Shown here: one piece after another, positions 1 through 20,534 of the stretch
How the letters are laid out: every line of letters starts with the position of its first letter
Position numbering within the stretch: the first letter of the stretch is position 1
Source of the DNA: the human T2T-CHM13v2.0 reference genome, Homo sapiens
DNA: 64,000 nucleotides
Direction: 5' to 3' (one strand)
Assembly (NCBI RefSeq): GCF_009914755.1
Contig: NC_060936.1
Position numbers and translations under genes: made by a program
Notes under the pieces: generated by a model
Told to the model about the DNA's origin: nothing
The model's database searches: none
The model's input: only the letters and a program-made list of their open reading frames with translations

Positions 1-884
1 GCCTGGCTGGGGGTTGCCTCGTTAGGGTCCCCAGGCCCGGAAGGTCGCGTGCTTGCTATTGCTGCCCCGCAGACCCCCATGGCCTGCTGGAGCTAGGGGG
101 CGCCAGAAGCCTTACTTCTGTGTCTCTGGCCGATGAACAAGAGAGCCTGGATACTGCTGCAGAGCAGAGGCTGTTCCGGAGAGCAGGGCTGGAAGGTGGT
201 GGGGCGGGGTGAAGTCCTGACTAGAGGCTGGGAGCTTCTGGGTGGGCAGGGTCTGCCAGGGCAGGAGCCTGTGTGAGTGCAGCTTCCTTTCTGCCCGCCC
301 CTAGCTTAAGGCCAGAGAGTAGGCAGCTTGTTTTCAAGAATCCCAATGGCTTTCTTCCTCCCACTCCCTAAATCTTCTTGCCCACCCTCTAACCATGCCC
401 AGGGCCTCTCGCTGTGAGGTGGCAAGTAGCCCGAGAAGCAGATGGTAGCCCAGGCCTTGCAGTCCCCGCTCCGGCACACCCCTCCCGTCCTCTCGCCAGG
501 AGGCTGCCTGGCTTTGTGGTCCGGAGCAAGTCACTTCTCGACGGGCTTCACTTTGCCCATCTGAAGTCTGAGGTTGTTAGGCGTGTTTTCTAATGGCCTG
601 CCCAGCTCTGACATTTTTGGATCCTATGTAAAGGGAACCCTCCTTTCCACCCTCATTCCCAGTCCAGAGTGAGGAGATTGGGTAAATTCCCAGAGCCCTG
701 GCACTCCCGTGGAGCACTCAGGAAACGCTCCTTCACCCCTCAATTCTGCTCTCACACACCCCGTCACACATAGACTCACATACACCAAGCAGAGAGGAGC
801 AAAGAGAAGGACCATGTAAGACAATCACGGACATGGCGTTAGAAGGAAACTGAGAAACGCTCTACAAGAGTTCGATGTATTACA

Positions 885-1925
<1,041 letters not shown>

Positions 1926-2869
1926 CTTATTATTTTTATTCTATGAACACTGATTGACAGCTTCATTTCTGGAGGGCCACCAGTGTGCTACACACTTTGC
2001 AGGTCCTTCACCTATATTCTTGTATTTATTCCATTTATTTATAAACTAATGGTCCCCATTGTGCAGGTGAGGAACCTGAAAGCCAGAGGGAATAGTGACT
2101 TTTCCAAAGGTCACATTGCTGCTTAGTGGTTAAAGCAGCTCTAGAGCCCTGTGATGTCTTGATTCCCAGGTGCCTGCAGGGCTTGAGAGAAATGGAGACA
2201 AAGAAGGCCGTGGGCAGGAGGCCAAGAGAAGCCCAGCAGGTGTGACCATCAATGTGGGAATGTGATGGGGGTGGGAGGAGGTGAGGTAGGGCCCCCACCA
2301 TTTCAGCTTCTTCCCCTCCAGCCACCTTCCCATCACCCTCCCCAACCATCTCCACCCCAGCCAGGGCCAACACCATTCTGACTGTTGCTTTGCCTGCCTC
2401 TACTTTACCCCTGGTCTTTGACTCCCTGATAGAAAAAGCTGAGGCCCAAGGCCTCTGGGCTGACTGCTCTTTTGGCATAAGTCCTCCACACCCTTCCCCC
2501 ACAGGTATCCCCAACAGGGTGTGGAGAGGCCGCTCTTTTACCTTGAAGTTCTACTTTGTTCTACTCTTGTTCCTCTGCTGAGACCTGGTTAGCCTTCCTG
2601 GGGCCTGACTCTCCCATTCTCCAGCACCAGCCCTGACCTGACCTCTCCTCCTCCAAACCCTGCATGGGGCCCTGCAACCAAGCACAGCTGTGTCTGGTCT
2701 TTGTCCAGACATCAAATGGTCCAGGGAGGGGGTGGCATTTTGGTTATTTTTGCCTAAGAGGCTTTCTATACCCTGACCAATCCCAGCCTCATTCCCAATG
2801 GGTTATGAGAGTGGAGATAGCTTCTTCTTATCCATGTTTCTTACAGTGCCTCTTCCCCCACCCCAACAG

Positions 2870-2875
2870 ACACAC

Positions 2876-2923
<48 letters not shown>
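2870..2923 (+). repeat. (CA)n microsatellite
   Basis: About 26 CA units with one CG interruption. Confidence 0.95.
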
Positions 2924-2925
<2 letters not shown>

Positions 2926-3241
2926 CTTCCTTCCCACTTCTCCTCTCCTTAGGAACTGGAGCCCCTCCCTGTTCTCCCTGCTCTACCCAGCCTCCTGGCC
3001 GCAGTCCTCCCACCTTCGATGAGAGTCCTCCAAGGAAGAAATATAACAATTTAGAATTTCAGTTGAATCTCCAATAGCCTGGGGTACAGAGGTGGCTTGA
3101 GGCTGGGAGGATGGTGGAGAGGCTGTTCTGCAGAAGCCAGAGTCCTTTTGCTACCCCAGGGCCTCTTGCTGAAGGAGCATTGATTGAGAACACTGGAGCC
3201 TGGGGCTCTGGGTATCACGATCGTCCCCTCTGGAAGCCCTT

Positions 3242-3640
<399 letters not shown>

Positions 3641-4065
3641 TTAGCCATCAGGCGGCAGGGAATCCCTTCTGTCTCTCCACCTAATCGGATATTGACCTGT
3701 GCCAAATGGCCTGCACCTTATGTGTGTGTGTTGGTGTTAGGCTGGTGAAATAATGTCGTGCAGCTAGTAAGCCTTCCATCCTTTTGACATACTGCATATA
3801 ATATTATGATCCAGATCCCAATCCAGATTCTAACTGTCCTTCAAGTCTCACCTTTTCCACTAATGCAGTGACAGTGGGAAAATCACAGAACTCAGCTCAA
3901 CTGGATAACTGCCTCTTCTCAGTAAGCCTGCGGTATTGGGTCGAACAGTAGGAAACAGACTTTTGTTTCTTTTAACACAGCTGAATAGTGGCCAGTTTTC
4001 TATGACTCAGCGCACTTTGCCCCTGGTTCGGCAGATAGTCCCCTGTTTGCTGTTGTTGGTTTATG

Positions 4066-4545
4066 CAGGGGCTCTCAGCCTGGCTGCACATTACAATCAC
4101 CCTGGGAGCTTTTAAACACAACCCACCCACACTGCCCTCAAGGTCAGTTAGTTAGAATCTCCAGAGGGAGGCTCAAACCTCAGCATTTGAAAAAAGAGCC
4201 CCTAGGCCGGACCCAGTGGCTCACACCTGTAATCCCAGCACTTTGGGAGGCCGAGGCGGGTGGATCACAAGGTCAAGAGTTCGAGACCAGCCTGGCCGAC
4301 ATGATGAAACTCCGTCTCTACTAAAAATACAAAAATTAGCCAGACATGGTGGCAGGCACCTGTAGTCCCAGCTACTCGGGAGGCTGAGGCAGGAGAATCA
4401 CTTGAACCCGGGAGGAGGAGGTTGCAAGCAGTGAGCCCAGATCATGCCACTGCACTCCAGCCTGGGCAAGAGCAAGACTCTGTCTCAAAAAAAAAAAAAA
4501 AAAAAATGGGGCCCCAGGTCATGATAATGGGCTGCCAGGTTTACA
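4066..4545. mobile_element. MER5-like hAT fragment interrupted by an Alu (4205-4506, +)
   Basis: ggctgcacattacaatcaccctgggagcttttaaa...ccccaggt, resembling MER5A/B. Confidence 0.55.
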
Positions 4546-4600
4546 TGTAAATGTTGTATTTCCTCAACAAGATCATGCTTACATCTCATTCTATGTCTGA

Positions 4601-8335
<3,735 letters not shown>

Positions 8336-8905
8336 ATAACATCTAACTTTTGTTCAGTTCTTCCACATATTCACTAGCTCAATTTATCCTCCCACAGTGA
8401 GGTCGGTACCTGAGGCTCCCCCCTTCATCGGTGAGGGAGCTGAGGCTGGAGAAGCTGGGCACCTCACCATGGTGATGGGGTTGGAACTGTACTCCAGGCC
8501 TTCGGGCTACAGCTTTCACTCCAGTTCTTTACATTAATAACTGACTTCCTTACAACACCCCCTGTCTCGCACTCTGGGCCCTTTGCATGTGTAGCCTTTT
8601 TTTGATAGCTATCTTTGCAAAGCTCCTTGAGGGCAGGCACTGAGTCACACTTCTCTGTGTCCCCAGTGCCTACCAGGTGTCACCTGCATAGCTGTCCCCC
8701 AGATTTTAGTGAAACTCCCTGCCTCCACTCGCTGTTCCTCCCTTGTCTCCACCTCGTCCTTCCAGCTACACTCAGAAAAGAGTTTGGTTTTCAGATGGCC
8801 AGAGCGGGGAAGGACAGAGTCCCGGTTAGAAACAGGAACCTGAGAGAGGGAGGGGTCACCTGGGCAGGGCAGGCTGGGTGGGCTCCCTGAGGAGGCACCG
8901 TCTTA

Positions 8906-9457
<552 letters not shown>

Positions 9458-10381
9458 CTAGGGAGAGACAAAAGGGAGCCTGGGGAAGGTTGTGCAGACA
9501 GGGGTGCAGAAAGGTGGGTGAGGCACTCCGCTCTCCTTCCCAGGCACGACCTCTGCCAGCCCAGGATTCTCATGAGGACGCAGAAGTCCTGGCAGGGCCG
9601 CATCTCCATCCCTCTCCTTCCCGGCGGAAGTTATGGCTGCTGCGTATCATCTTCACAGTCACTCATCTTTTGATCTCTTGCCATTGACCATATTTTGGCT
9701 TTGACTTCCCACCCTCTGTACTCAGCTTTCACTCTTTACCTTCACCTCCCTCCTCCGTTCTGGCATCCCCACATTCCCACCCAGGAACTGGTGCTCCTTA
9801 GAGGGCACATCAGGCCTCAGGAAATCATGAAGGGAAATGCTCCCTACCATGCCAAGGGGGGCAGCCCACCTTCACTTGCTCCTGGTCTTGGCGGTATACC
9901 AGGAAAGTCCTCCAGAAAATAGGGCCAGGGGTTTTCCCATCCCAGACTCCTCTCAATACTCATTTGTCCGTCACTGACGCTTTCCTCCCACTCCTCATTA
10001 AAACGCTAGTATAGAAAGCATCTAGAATGGCAGCTCCTTCCCCTTTCTGCACCCTGCCCCCCATTAAATAAACAGCAGCAAGTACATATTGATGCTGTGC
10101 TAAATACTTACATGGATCTTATTGAACCCCCACAACTCTATGAGCAAGTATTGCTATCGTCCCCATCTCAAAGATGCAGAAAGCAACACACAGTAAGGGT
10201 AGGTGACTCACACAGGGTGCTGGTGCCTGAGTGACAGCTGGGACTTAAGCCCTCTGTCTGTGCTCTTGCTTGGCATACCATGCTGGGTGAAATGAAATGG
10301 CCTTACTTAGCACAGTGCCTGACTGCAACAAAAATGTGCCTCTTTTAAAATGCTTCGCCCTCCTATCCATCCCCAGGGATG

Positions 10382-10673
<292 letters not shown>

Positions 10674-10824
10674 CCCAGGACTTTTCTGATTGCAAAAACC
10701 CACCTGTTTCTTGAGCTTGGGCCCCTAAGTCATTTCTACAGGATCACCCCAGTGGGTGGGGCTGGGAGATGTGGCACTAGCCAGGCATCTCCTCTCTGTT
10801 CTGAGCTCTGGGTTCCTAGTGTCA

Positions 10825-11385
<561 letters not shown>

Positions 11386-11707
11386 CTACCCCTCGTGAGC
11401 TTGTCTTATTAAGAACCCTCAAAAGGCCTAAGTTAACCAGCAGGTCCAAAGGTCCCAAGGAACAAGGTCAGAGACGCCAGGGAAAAGAGGTGAGCTGTGC
11501 AGGACTAGCACTGGGAAAACTGGCAATTTGTGTTGTCAAGTGTGTGCCTGTGCAAGTGCTCCAACTGCTGCTTTGGGTGAACTTCAGGCCTTGCCTCTTC
11601 CCTATCACCATCGTCTCCATCAACACCCTCTTTCTTTTCCAGCCTCTCCTGGTGCCTTAGGAATCAGACGCCAATAAACCACAGAGCCCAGCATGTCCAC
11701 CTTCGCT

Positions 11708-11713
11708 TTTATT
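11708..11713 (-). terminator. FOXM1: FOXM1 polyadenylation signal AATAAA (3'UTR about 11690-12648)
   Basis: TTTATT on the + strand about 940 nt past the stop codon, followed on the - strand by GT/T-rich sequence. Confidence 0.8.
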
Positions 11714-12648
11714 GAGTAGTTAGTGTTCTCAAGCTGGCTCACACCCATGCGGTCAGCTGGGGCCTAGGGTGGCTCTTTGCAAAGCTGAGGGGCAAGCTAA
11801 GGAAGCCAGGCAGGTCAGGGGCCCTTTCGGCCTTCTCAAGCCTCCACCTGAGTTCTCGTCAATGCCAGTCTCCCTGGTATGATTGGGGACATTATCAGAG
11901 AAACATCTAATAGCGCACATCTGGGCACCCACACTCTGCTTCAGTTGCATCCATCCTCCCACCCCAAATTCAACTCCTGACCCAATACAAAAGACTTTTT
12001 TAACCAGGATTTCTTCTTGCAGGAAAGCTGACTTGGAAACACGGGGAGGTGGCAGGGAGGGGCAAAAAGGACTCTGGCAAGCAGATCCACTTGTCTGGGT
12101 CCCTGCAGTGAAGAACCCAAGATCCAGGTACCTCAGCCTGGAAGAAACCGTGCACTGCAGGTCTTCCCTTCTATCAAAACTAAAAGCAAGGAACAGAAGT
12201 CAATTGAAACCCCAGGTCATCCTACCCACCTTCTGGCAGTCTCTGGATAATGATCTAAGGAAATAAGCTTACATTTATAATTAGAGGATAATTTGGAGAA
12301 TTTATACTATTTACACGGACCACCCTGCAAAGATCAGGGAAGGTAAGAGACTGCTGGGCAGAGAATGGAAACAGGCTGGGGGGTTCCTAATCTCTTTTCA
12401 CCATTGCCTTTGTTGTTCCCACCCTTCAGCTCCTGGCAGGGACAGCAGAGGAATCAGATACTCTTGGGGAACACAAGGTCCCAGCAGTGGCTAGGGTGTG
12501 ACTGCTACTTTTGCATAATCAGGCAGCAGGGAGCTATGAGGAGCAGAACAGTCCCTGCCTGCTGTCCTCACTCAGAGGCTTGGGGTGCACTGAGCCTTGG
12601 AGTGCCCGGGATGGTGGACAGCTTGAGCACAGGGGCAAGGGCAGGGCT

Positions 12649-13674
12649 CTACTGTAGCTCAGGAATAAACTGGGACCAGTTGATGTTGTCAGGGCCCAGT
12701 GGGTCCTCGTCCAGGCCAGGAAAGCTGATGTCCAGCAGGATCTTGCTGAGGCTGTCATTCATTGTGTCCAGGACCAGGCCTTCTGTCAGAGAACGATTGG
12801 CTGCAAGGCCAGAAACCTGTGGCTCCGGGGAGCCTGGCTTGGGGACGTCTATATCTGAGGGAGAAGAGTTGCCAAAGGGGACGGAGATGAGGTCTAAGGG
12901 TTCTGAACTGAGGAGCCTTTGCGGTGATTCAAGGGGGGGAGCACTTTGCAAGGGAGTGGTGCTGAGATCCATCAGCCCCAGGGGGTCAGGCAAGGGGTCA
13001 GAGGCACCCTGGGAGGTTTGTACTGGGCTGAAATCCAGTCCCCCTACTTTGGCTGGGGGCGTGAGCCTCCAGGATTCAGGGGTTCTGGGGAGGACAGATT
13101 TGCTCGGGGTGGAGGAGATGGGCAGCGTTTCCTTAATGGGTGTCTTAAAAGGTCCTCCCACTTCCTGGGAGTAGCTGAGCTGGGAGGCAGGGTCAGAGGA
13201 GTCTGCTGGGAACGGGAGCTCTGCGGCCCAGCGGGAAGTACTGGGCCCCTCTGAGAAGAGCAGCTCCGGCTCATCCACACAGGGAGGCAGTAGATGCTGT
13301 TTCCTCCGAGACCGGCTCCTCTCCCTCCTCTCCCTGTGTTGAATCACAAGCATTTCCGAGACACACCGGGTTGGGGACCTAAGCCCACTGTAGGACTTCT
13401 TGGGTCTTGGGGTGGGAGATTGGGACGAATCCTCCCAGGAGTGAGATGATTCCTCTTTGAAAGATGGGGCCGGGGAGGGCCACTCTTCCAAGGGAGGGCT
13501 CTCCACTTTGATGGGTCTCGCTAAGTGTGGCATTTCCTCCCCAGGCTGGATTTCTTCCTCCTTGATAGTCTGAACTGGAAGCAAAGGAGAAAACCCTTCT
13601 CCAAACAGGAGTTTCTCCTCTTTCCCTGGTCCTGCAGAAGAAAGAGGAGCTATCCCCTCCTCAGCTAGCAGCAC
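12649..13674 (-). CDS. FOXM1: FOXM1 last exon, coding part (VLLAEEGIAP...WSQFIPELQ*; transactivation domain)
   Basis: CAG|GTG acceptor at 13677-13675; stop TAG at 12651-12649; 1026 nt. Total with A1 and without A2 = 2292 nt = 763 aa. Confidence 0.97.
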   Translation of the reverse strand: MLLAEEGIAPLSSAGPGKEEKLLFGEGFSPLLPVQTIKEEEIQPGEEMPHLARPIKVESPPLEEWPSPAPSFKEESSHSWEDSSQSPTPRPKKSYSGLRSPTRCVSEMLVIQHRERRERSRSRRKQHLLPPCVDEPELLFSEGPSTSRWAAELPFPADSSDPASQLSYSQEVGGPFKTPIKETLPISSTPSKSVLPRTPESWRLTPPAKVGGLDFSPVQTSQGASDPLPDPLGLMDLSTTPLQSAPPLESPQRLLSSEPLDLISVPFGNSSPSDIDVPKPGSPEPQVSGLAANRSLTEGLVLDTMNDSLSKILLDISFPGLDEDPLGPDNINWSQFIPELQ

Positions 13675-13959
13675 CTGAAAGGGAAACAGAGATAAGGTGA
13701 ACCAACGGTCACCAGACAGGACGCACAAAAATATCACATACGGGTTCTGATCCTCTTTGTGTCGTTTTGAAGTCTTAAAATCTATTAAATATGAGAATAC
13801 GATGTATGTTGAAGTTGGTAGTTCAATTCTGGGGGTAAAAGATGCGGGTATGTAGTATGTAGTGGCATAATTATAATAGCATTCATCCGAGAGGAAATAA
13901 AATTGCATGCTTGTCTTACACTGTATACAAAGATTTAATGCATGAAAATAAGAACCTTA

Positions 13960-14052
13960 GGCTGCTCTGATGGTAGCGGGTAGTGACATTATTGTCACTA
14001 AAGTTGGTACACAACCCCCAACTGCTAAATTTGACTGGCTTTAAAAAAAAAA
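13960..14052 (+). pseudogene. Y4 RNA (RNY4-like) processed pseudogene
   Basis: GGCTGCTCTGATGGTAGCGGG...GTCACTAAAGTTGGTACACAACCCCCAACTGCTAAATTTGACTGGCTTT matches both ends of hY4; followed by an A10 tail; approximate TSD ending AACCTTA on both sides. Confidence 0.88.
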
Positions 14053-14916
14053 TGAAAACCTTAAAATCATACAAATCCTGAAAGAGAATCTAGGAGACTA
14101 CATATACAATCTGAGGGTGCGGGTGACCTTCTTAACCAAGACTGGAAACCCAGAAACTGTAAAAGAGAAGAGAGACATTTGACTACATAAAACTTTAAAA
14201 TTTTACTGTGGCAAGAGATACCATAAACAAAGTTAAGAAACAACAAACAATGCCTGTAATCCCAGCACTGCAAGACACTGAGGCCAGTTTGAGACCAGCC
14301 TGAGCAACATAGTGAGATCCCATCTCTACAAAAAAATTTTTTTTAATTAGCTGGATGTGGTGGCATGCACCTGTAGTTCCAGCTACAGGTGGGAGGCTGA
14401 GGTGGGAAGATCACTTGAGCCTGGGAGGTCAAGGATGTAGTGAGCCTTCATTACACCACTGCACTCCAGACTAGGCAACATAGCAAGATCCTGTCTCAGA
14501 AAAGAAAAGAAAGGAAAGTAAAGAGATAAACAATAGAAGTAGAAAAATATCTTCAGCATAAAAGAAAGAAGATTATTTTAACAACAAAGAGCTCTCACAG
14601 GGGGCTGGGTGCGGTGGCTCACGCCTGTAATCCAGCACTTTGGGAGGCCAAGGCAGGCAGATCACCTGAGGTCAGAAGTTCGAGACCAGCCTGACCAACA
14701 TGGTGAAACCTTGTCTCTACTAAAAATACAAAATTAGCCGGGCGTGGTGGCATGCACCTGTAATCCCAGCTACTCGGGAGGCTGAGGCACGAGAATTGCT
14801 TGAACCCGGGAGGCAGAGGTTGCCAAGATCACACCACTGTACTTCAGCCTGGGTGACATAGCAAGACTCCATCTCAAAAAAAAAAAAAACTCTCACAGGC
14901 TGGGCGTGGTGGCTTA

Positions 14917-15219
<303 letters not shown>

Positions 15220-15309
15220 CTATATAAAAATGGGCAATGTTCATAAATAACCAATTCATAGAGGACAATTCCAAGTCACCAAACATAATGACAAGGTGCT
15301 CAGACTTAC

Positions 15310-15423
15310 TGATAAACAAAGAAAGATAAAATTAAACAAGCTGGTGATGGGTGTACCAAAATCTCGCAGATCGCCACTAAAGAACTTACTCATGTAACCA
15401 AACACCACCTGTTCCCCAAAAAC
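15310..15423 (-). CDS. FOXM1: FOXM1 alternative exon A2/VIIa (VFGEQVVFGYMSKFFSGDLRDFGTPITSLFNFIFLCLS)
   Basis: TAG|GTT acceptor, TCA|GTAAGT consensus donor; 114 nt = 38 aa, in frame; the FOXM1a-specific insert. Confidence 0.9.
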
Positions 15424-15460
15424 CTATGGAAATAAAAAATTTAAAAATAAATAAATAAAA
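15343..15460 (+). mobile_element. L1PB-like 3' terminal fragment with A-rich tail
   Basis: ggtgatgggtgtaccaaaatctc...ccactaaagaacttactcatgtaaccaaacaccacctgttccccaaaaacctatggaaataaaaaa matches the L1PB 3' end as I recall it. Confidence 0.75.
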
Positions 15461-15909
15461 CATTTTAAAAAATTAAGAAGATATAACCTATACATATTAG
15501 ATTGGCAGATATTAAACAGACTAATAATACCAATTGCTGGCAAAGATATAGATCTTATCATATATTGCTGGTTTAAACATGACTTATCATAGCTTTTTTG
15601 GAAAGCAATCTAGCAATATTTAGTAGAATTTAAAATACCTTCTCACCCAACAATCTCACATCTGGGACTCTATCCTAGAGAAATGAAAGCACTAGTAAGA
15701 GAGATCCTTGCAAACATATTTATTGCAGTGTCGTTCATTGGGCAAAATTTGAGAAACAGAATCTGTCCATAAAAGTGGAATGGCTGAAAAATCTGTGGTG
15801 TAGCCACATCATGGAATATTACATGGACACTAAAAAATAATGAATCAGGACTATGCCAAGTGACTTGGAAGAAATTCCATGAGGCATTGTTGAGTTAGAG
15901 ACATGTAGA

Positions 15910-18018
<2,109 letters not shown>

Positions 18019-18333
18019 AAATCCATCTCTTTCTAAGGCCTGCCTCCCTTGTGTATCTTCCTTAATAATCCTAGCCCATCTATCACAATCACTTTTGTCT
18101 GAATTCTTACAAGCTCATCAGGTATTTATGGGCCTTCTGACACCACTTACATTGTAATCCAAATACCTTTTTAGCTCTTCTAATGCTATTACACTTCCCT
18201 ATGTTTTTATGCCTTTTCTACCCAACTAGATTTATAAGCTCTCAAGGAACACTTATCAGAGTGCTTTGCAAGCTGAAGGTCCAACATTCTTAATTGGCCA
18301 GAATCTCTCTTCAGAGGAAAATAGGACACCCAC

Positions 18334-18509
18334 CTTGGGGGCAATGCGGACTCGCTTGCTATGGCGGGCAAGCTCTGAGCTCATGAGGGAAGCCGCCAGG
18401 GGCAATGGCACCTTCACCGAGGGCTGCAACACCAGTGACTGGTTCACCGGGAACTGGATAGGCACCAGGTATGAGCTGACCCGTGGTAGCAGTGGCTTCA
18501 TCTTCCGCC
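18334..18509 (-). CDS. FOXM1: FOXM1 exon 8 (RRKMKPLLPRVSS...RIAPK)
   Basis: TAG|GG acceptor, AAG|GTGGGT donor; 176 nt. Confidence 0.95.
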
Positions 18510-18696
18510 CTAGGAGGAAACACGAGAGATCAGGAGCAGGGGGACTGGAGTACACCCCTTCTCAGCCCCAGGAGCTTTGCTCTCCTTCTCTGGGCTCAGA
18601 TCCCTTTGAGGTGGGAACAGAATCCCAGAGTCTGGTTCCCTAAAGATATGGCCCCAGAACAAGGACCAGGCCCAAGGCCCACTCTCCCATACTAAC

Positions 18697-18766
18697 GTGC
18701 GCCCAGGGGGAGTTCGGTTTTGATGGTCATGTTCCGGCGGAGCTCTGGATTCGGTCGTTTCTGCTG
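18697..18766 (-). CDS. FOXM1: FOXM1 exon 7 (QQKRPNPELRRNMTIKTELPLGA)
   Basis: Tandem acceptors AAGCAG|CAGCAG; donor C|GTTAGT; 70 nt. Confidence 0.92.
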
Positions 18767-19368
18767 CTGCTTGTGGCAGATGGGGAGAGAAAGAAACCTA
18801 TGTTAACACAATAAGGTAAAGAGGGGATGGCAAAACCCCACCAGCTGCTCTGGTGGTGTGTGCTTGAGTTAATGACAGCCCAGAGAGAGGAGGCCAACCT
18901 GAGGGGATGGACGTAGGCGAGCAGTCTCCAAAACTGTGATGAGTGGGCAGGTGGGTGGCCTACAGACACATGATGGCAGAGTGGCACTACCGCTTCACCC
19001 ACGTGTCCTCAACACCCCTGGGGGATGCCAGAGCAGGTAGCTATATGCGTGGCAAAGAAAAGCTAGGCACAAAAGTGAGCGAACGAACTGCCGCCCCTGA
19101 GGCTGGTGCCATGCGCTTGTGGCTGCTGCAGCATGCTCCCCTGCTGTGCCCTGCTCTGCTCAGTGTGCCCTTGTGATGCCCATGGAAGGGGAGGGAAGTG
19201 GGTGTGTGCCTGACCCTCAGGGTGTTCTGTGTCTAGGGCTGGCACCTAGACAAAACATGGCCATAGGGACCCTTCCCCACATCACATCTTGTCTCTGTCC
19301 ACTAAAGCCATGCTGAGCAGTGAAAGGAAAACAAGGCCAAGCCCCGAGCCAGAGGGAAAGAACCTTAC

Positions 19369-19413
19369 TGATTCCAAGTGCTCGGGCAATTGTGGAGACC
19401 CTGGGTCCAGTGG
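19369..19413 (-). CDS. FOXM1: FOXM1 alternative exon A1/Va (PLDPGSPQLPEHLES)
   Basis: CAG|CCA acceptor, TCA|GTAAGG donor; 45 nt, in frame; distinguishes FOXM1c/a from FOXM1b. Confidence 0.93.
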
Positions 19414-19650
19414 CTGGTGGCGGCCAGGCATTGTGGGAGAGAAATGAGATGAAGTTACCACCAACGTGGTCAATTTGACCGGATTGGGAAAAACACTTAT
19501 TCCTGACTGATGACAAAAGACACCCCAGACAACTGCCCCTCCCAGGAGAATGGTTACAGCTACCAGCAGCCTTATGGGCACTCTGAAAAACCAAAATAAC
19601 TTCTTTCTGAAAAGACGTTCTGGTAGCTCAGCTTCTGGTCTCCAGCCTAA

Positions 19651-20160
<510 letters not shown>

Positions 20161-20405
20161 TGGGGAGCCCTTTCTGTTGGGTCAGAACAGCCTTCTCCTT
20201 GCTCTGGTCTGGCACAAAAATGTGTCATTTGGTATTTGTCAAGTGTACTTAATTCACTGGGTTTTGTGCAAGTCACTAATTGGGTGGCTGGCTTCTAACT
20301 CTCCCCTGATCAAATGAAAGCATCACTAGCAGAACTTGTTTCCTTTTGAGATGGCTATGACAACCTCCAACTTAGGCCCTATTTAGAGGAAAGCAGGGCA
20401 TTCAC

Positions 20406-20534
20406 CTTAAACACCTGGTCCAATGTCAAGTAGCGGTTGGCACTGGGGTGAATGGTCCAGAAGGAGACCTTGCCATTGGCAGACGTCTCCCGGACAAACA
20501 TGTCGTGCAGGGAAAGGTTGTGGCGGATGGAGTT
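20406..20534 (-). CDS. FOXM1: FOXM1 exon 5 (C-terminal half of the forkhead domain, NSIRHNLSLHDMF...VFK)
   Basis: CAG|AAC acceptor, AAG|GTGAAT donor; 129 nt; completes the WKNSIRHNLS recognition helix. Confidence 0.97.

Noticed and set aside
1-880. Moderately GC-rich unique sequence at the window start
   Set aside because: Could be an enhancer or an exon of a neighbouring + strand transcript, but I cannot support an exon or motif call from the sequence alone.
2664-3077. ORFs with poly-(HT) or poly-(VC) stretches
   Set aside because: Translations of the (CA)n microsatellite.
13675-13908. N-terminal 78 aa of the 419-aa ORF (MQFYFLSDECYY...)
   Set aside because: Intronic open frame upstream of the real acceptor at 13675; not part of FOXM1.
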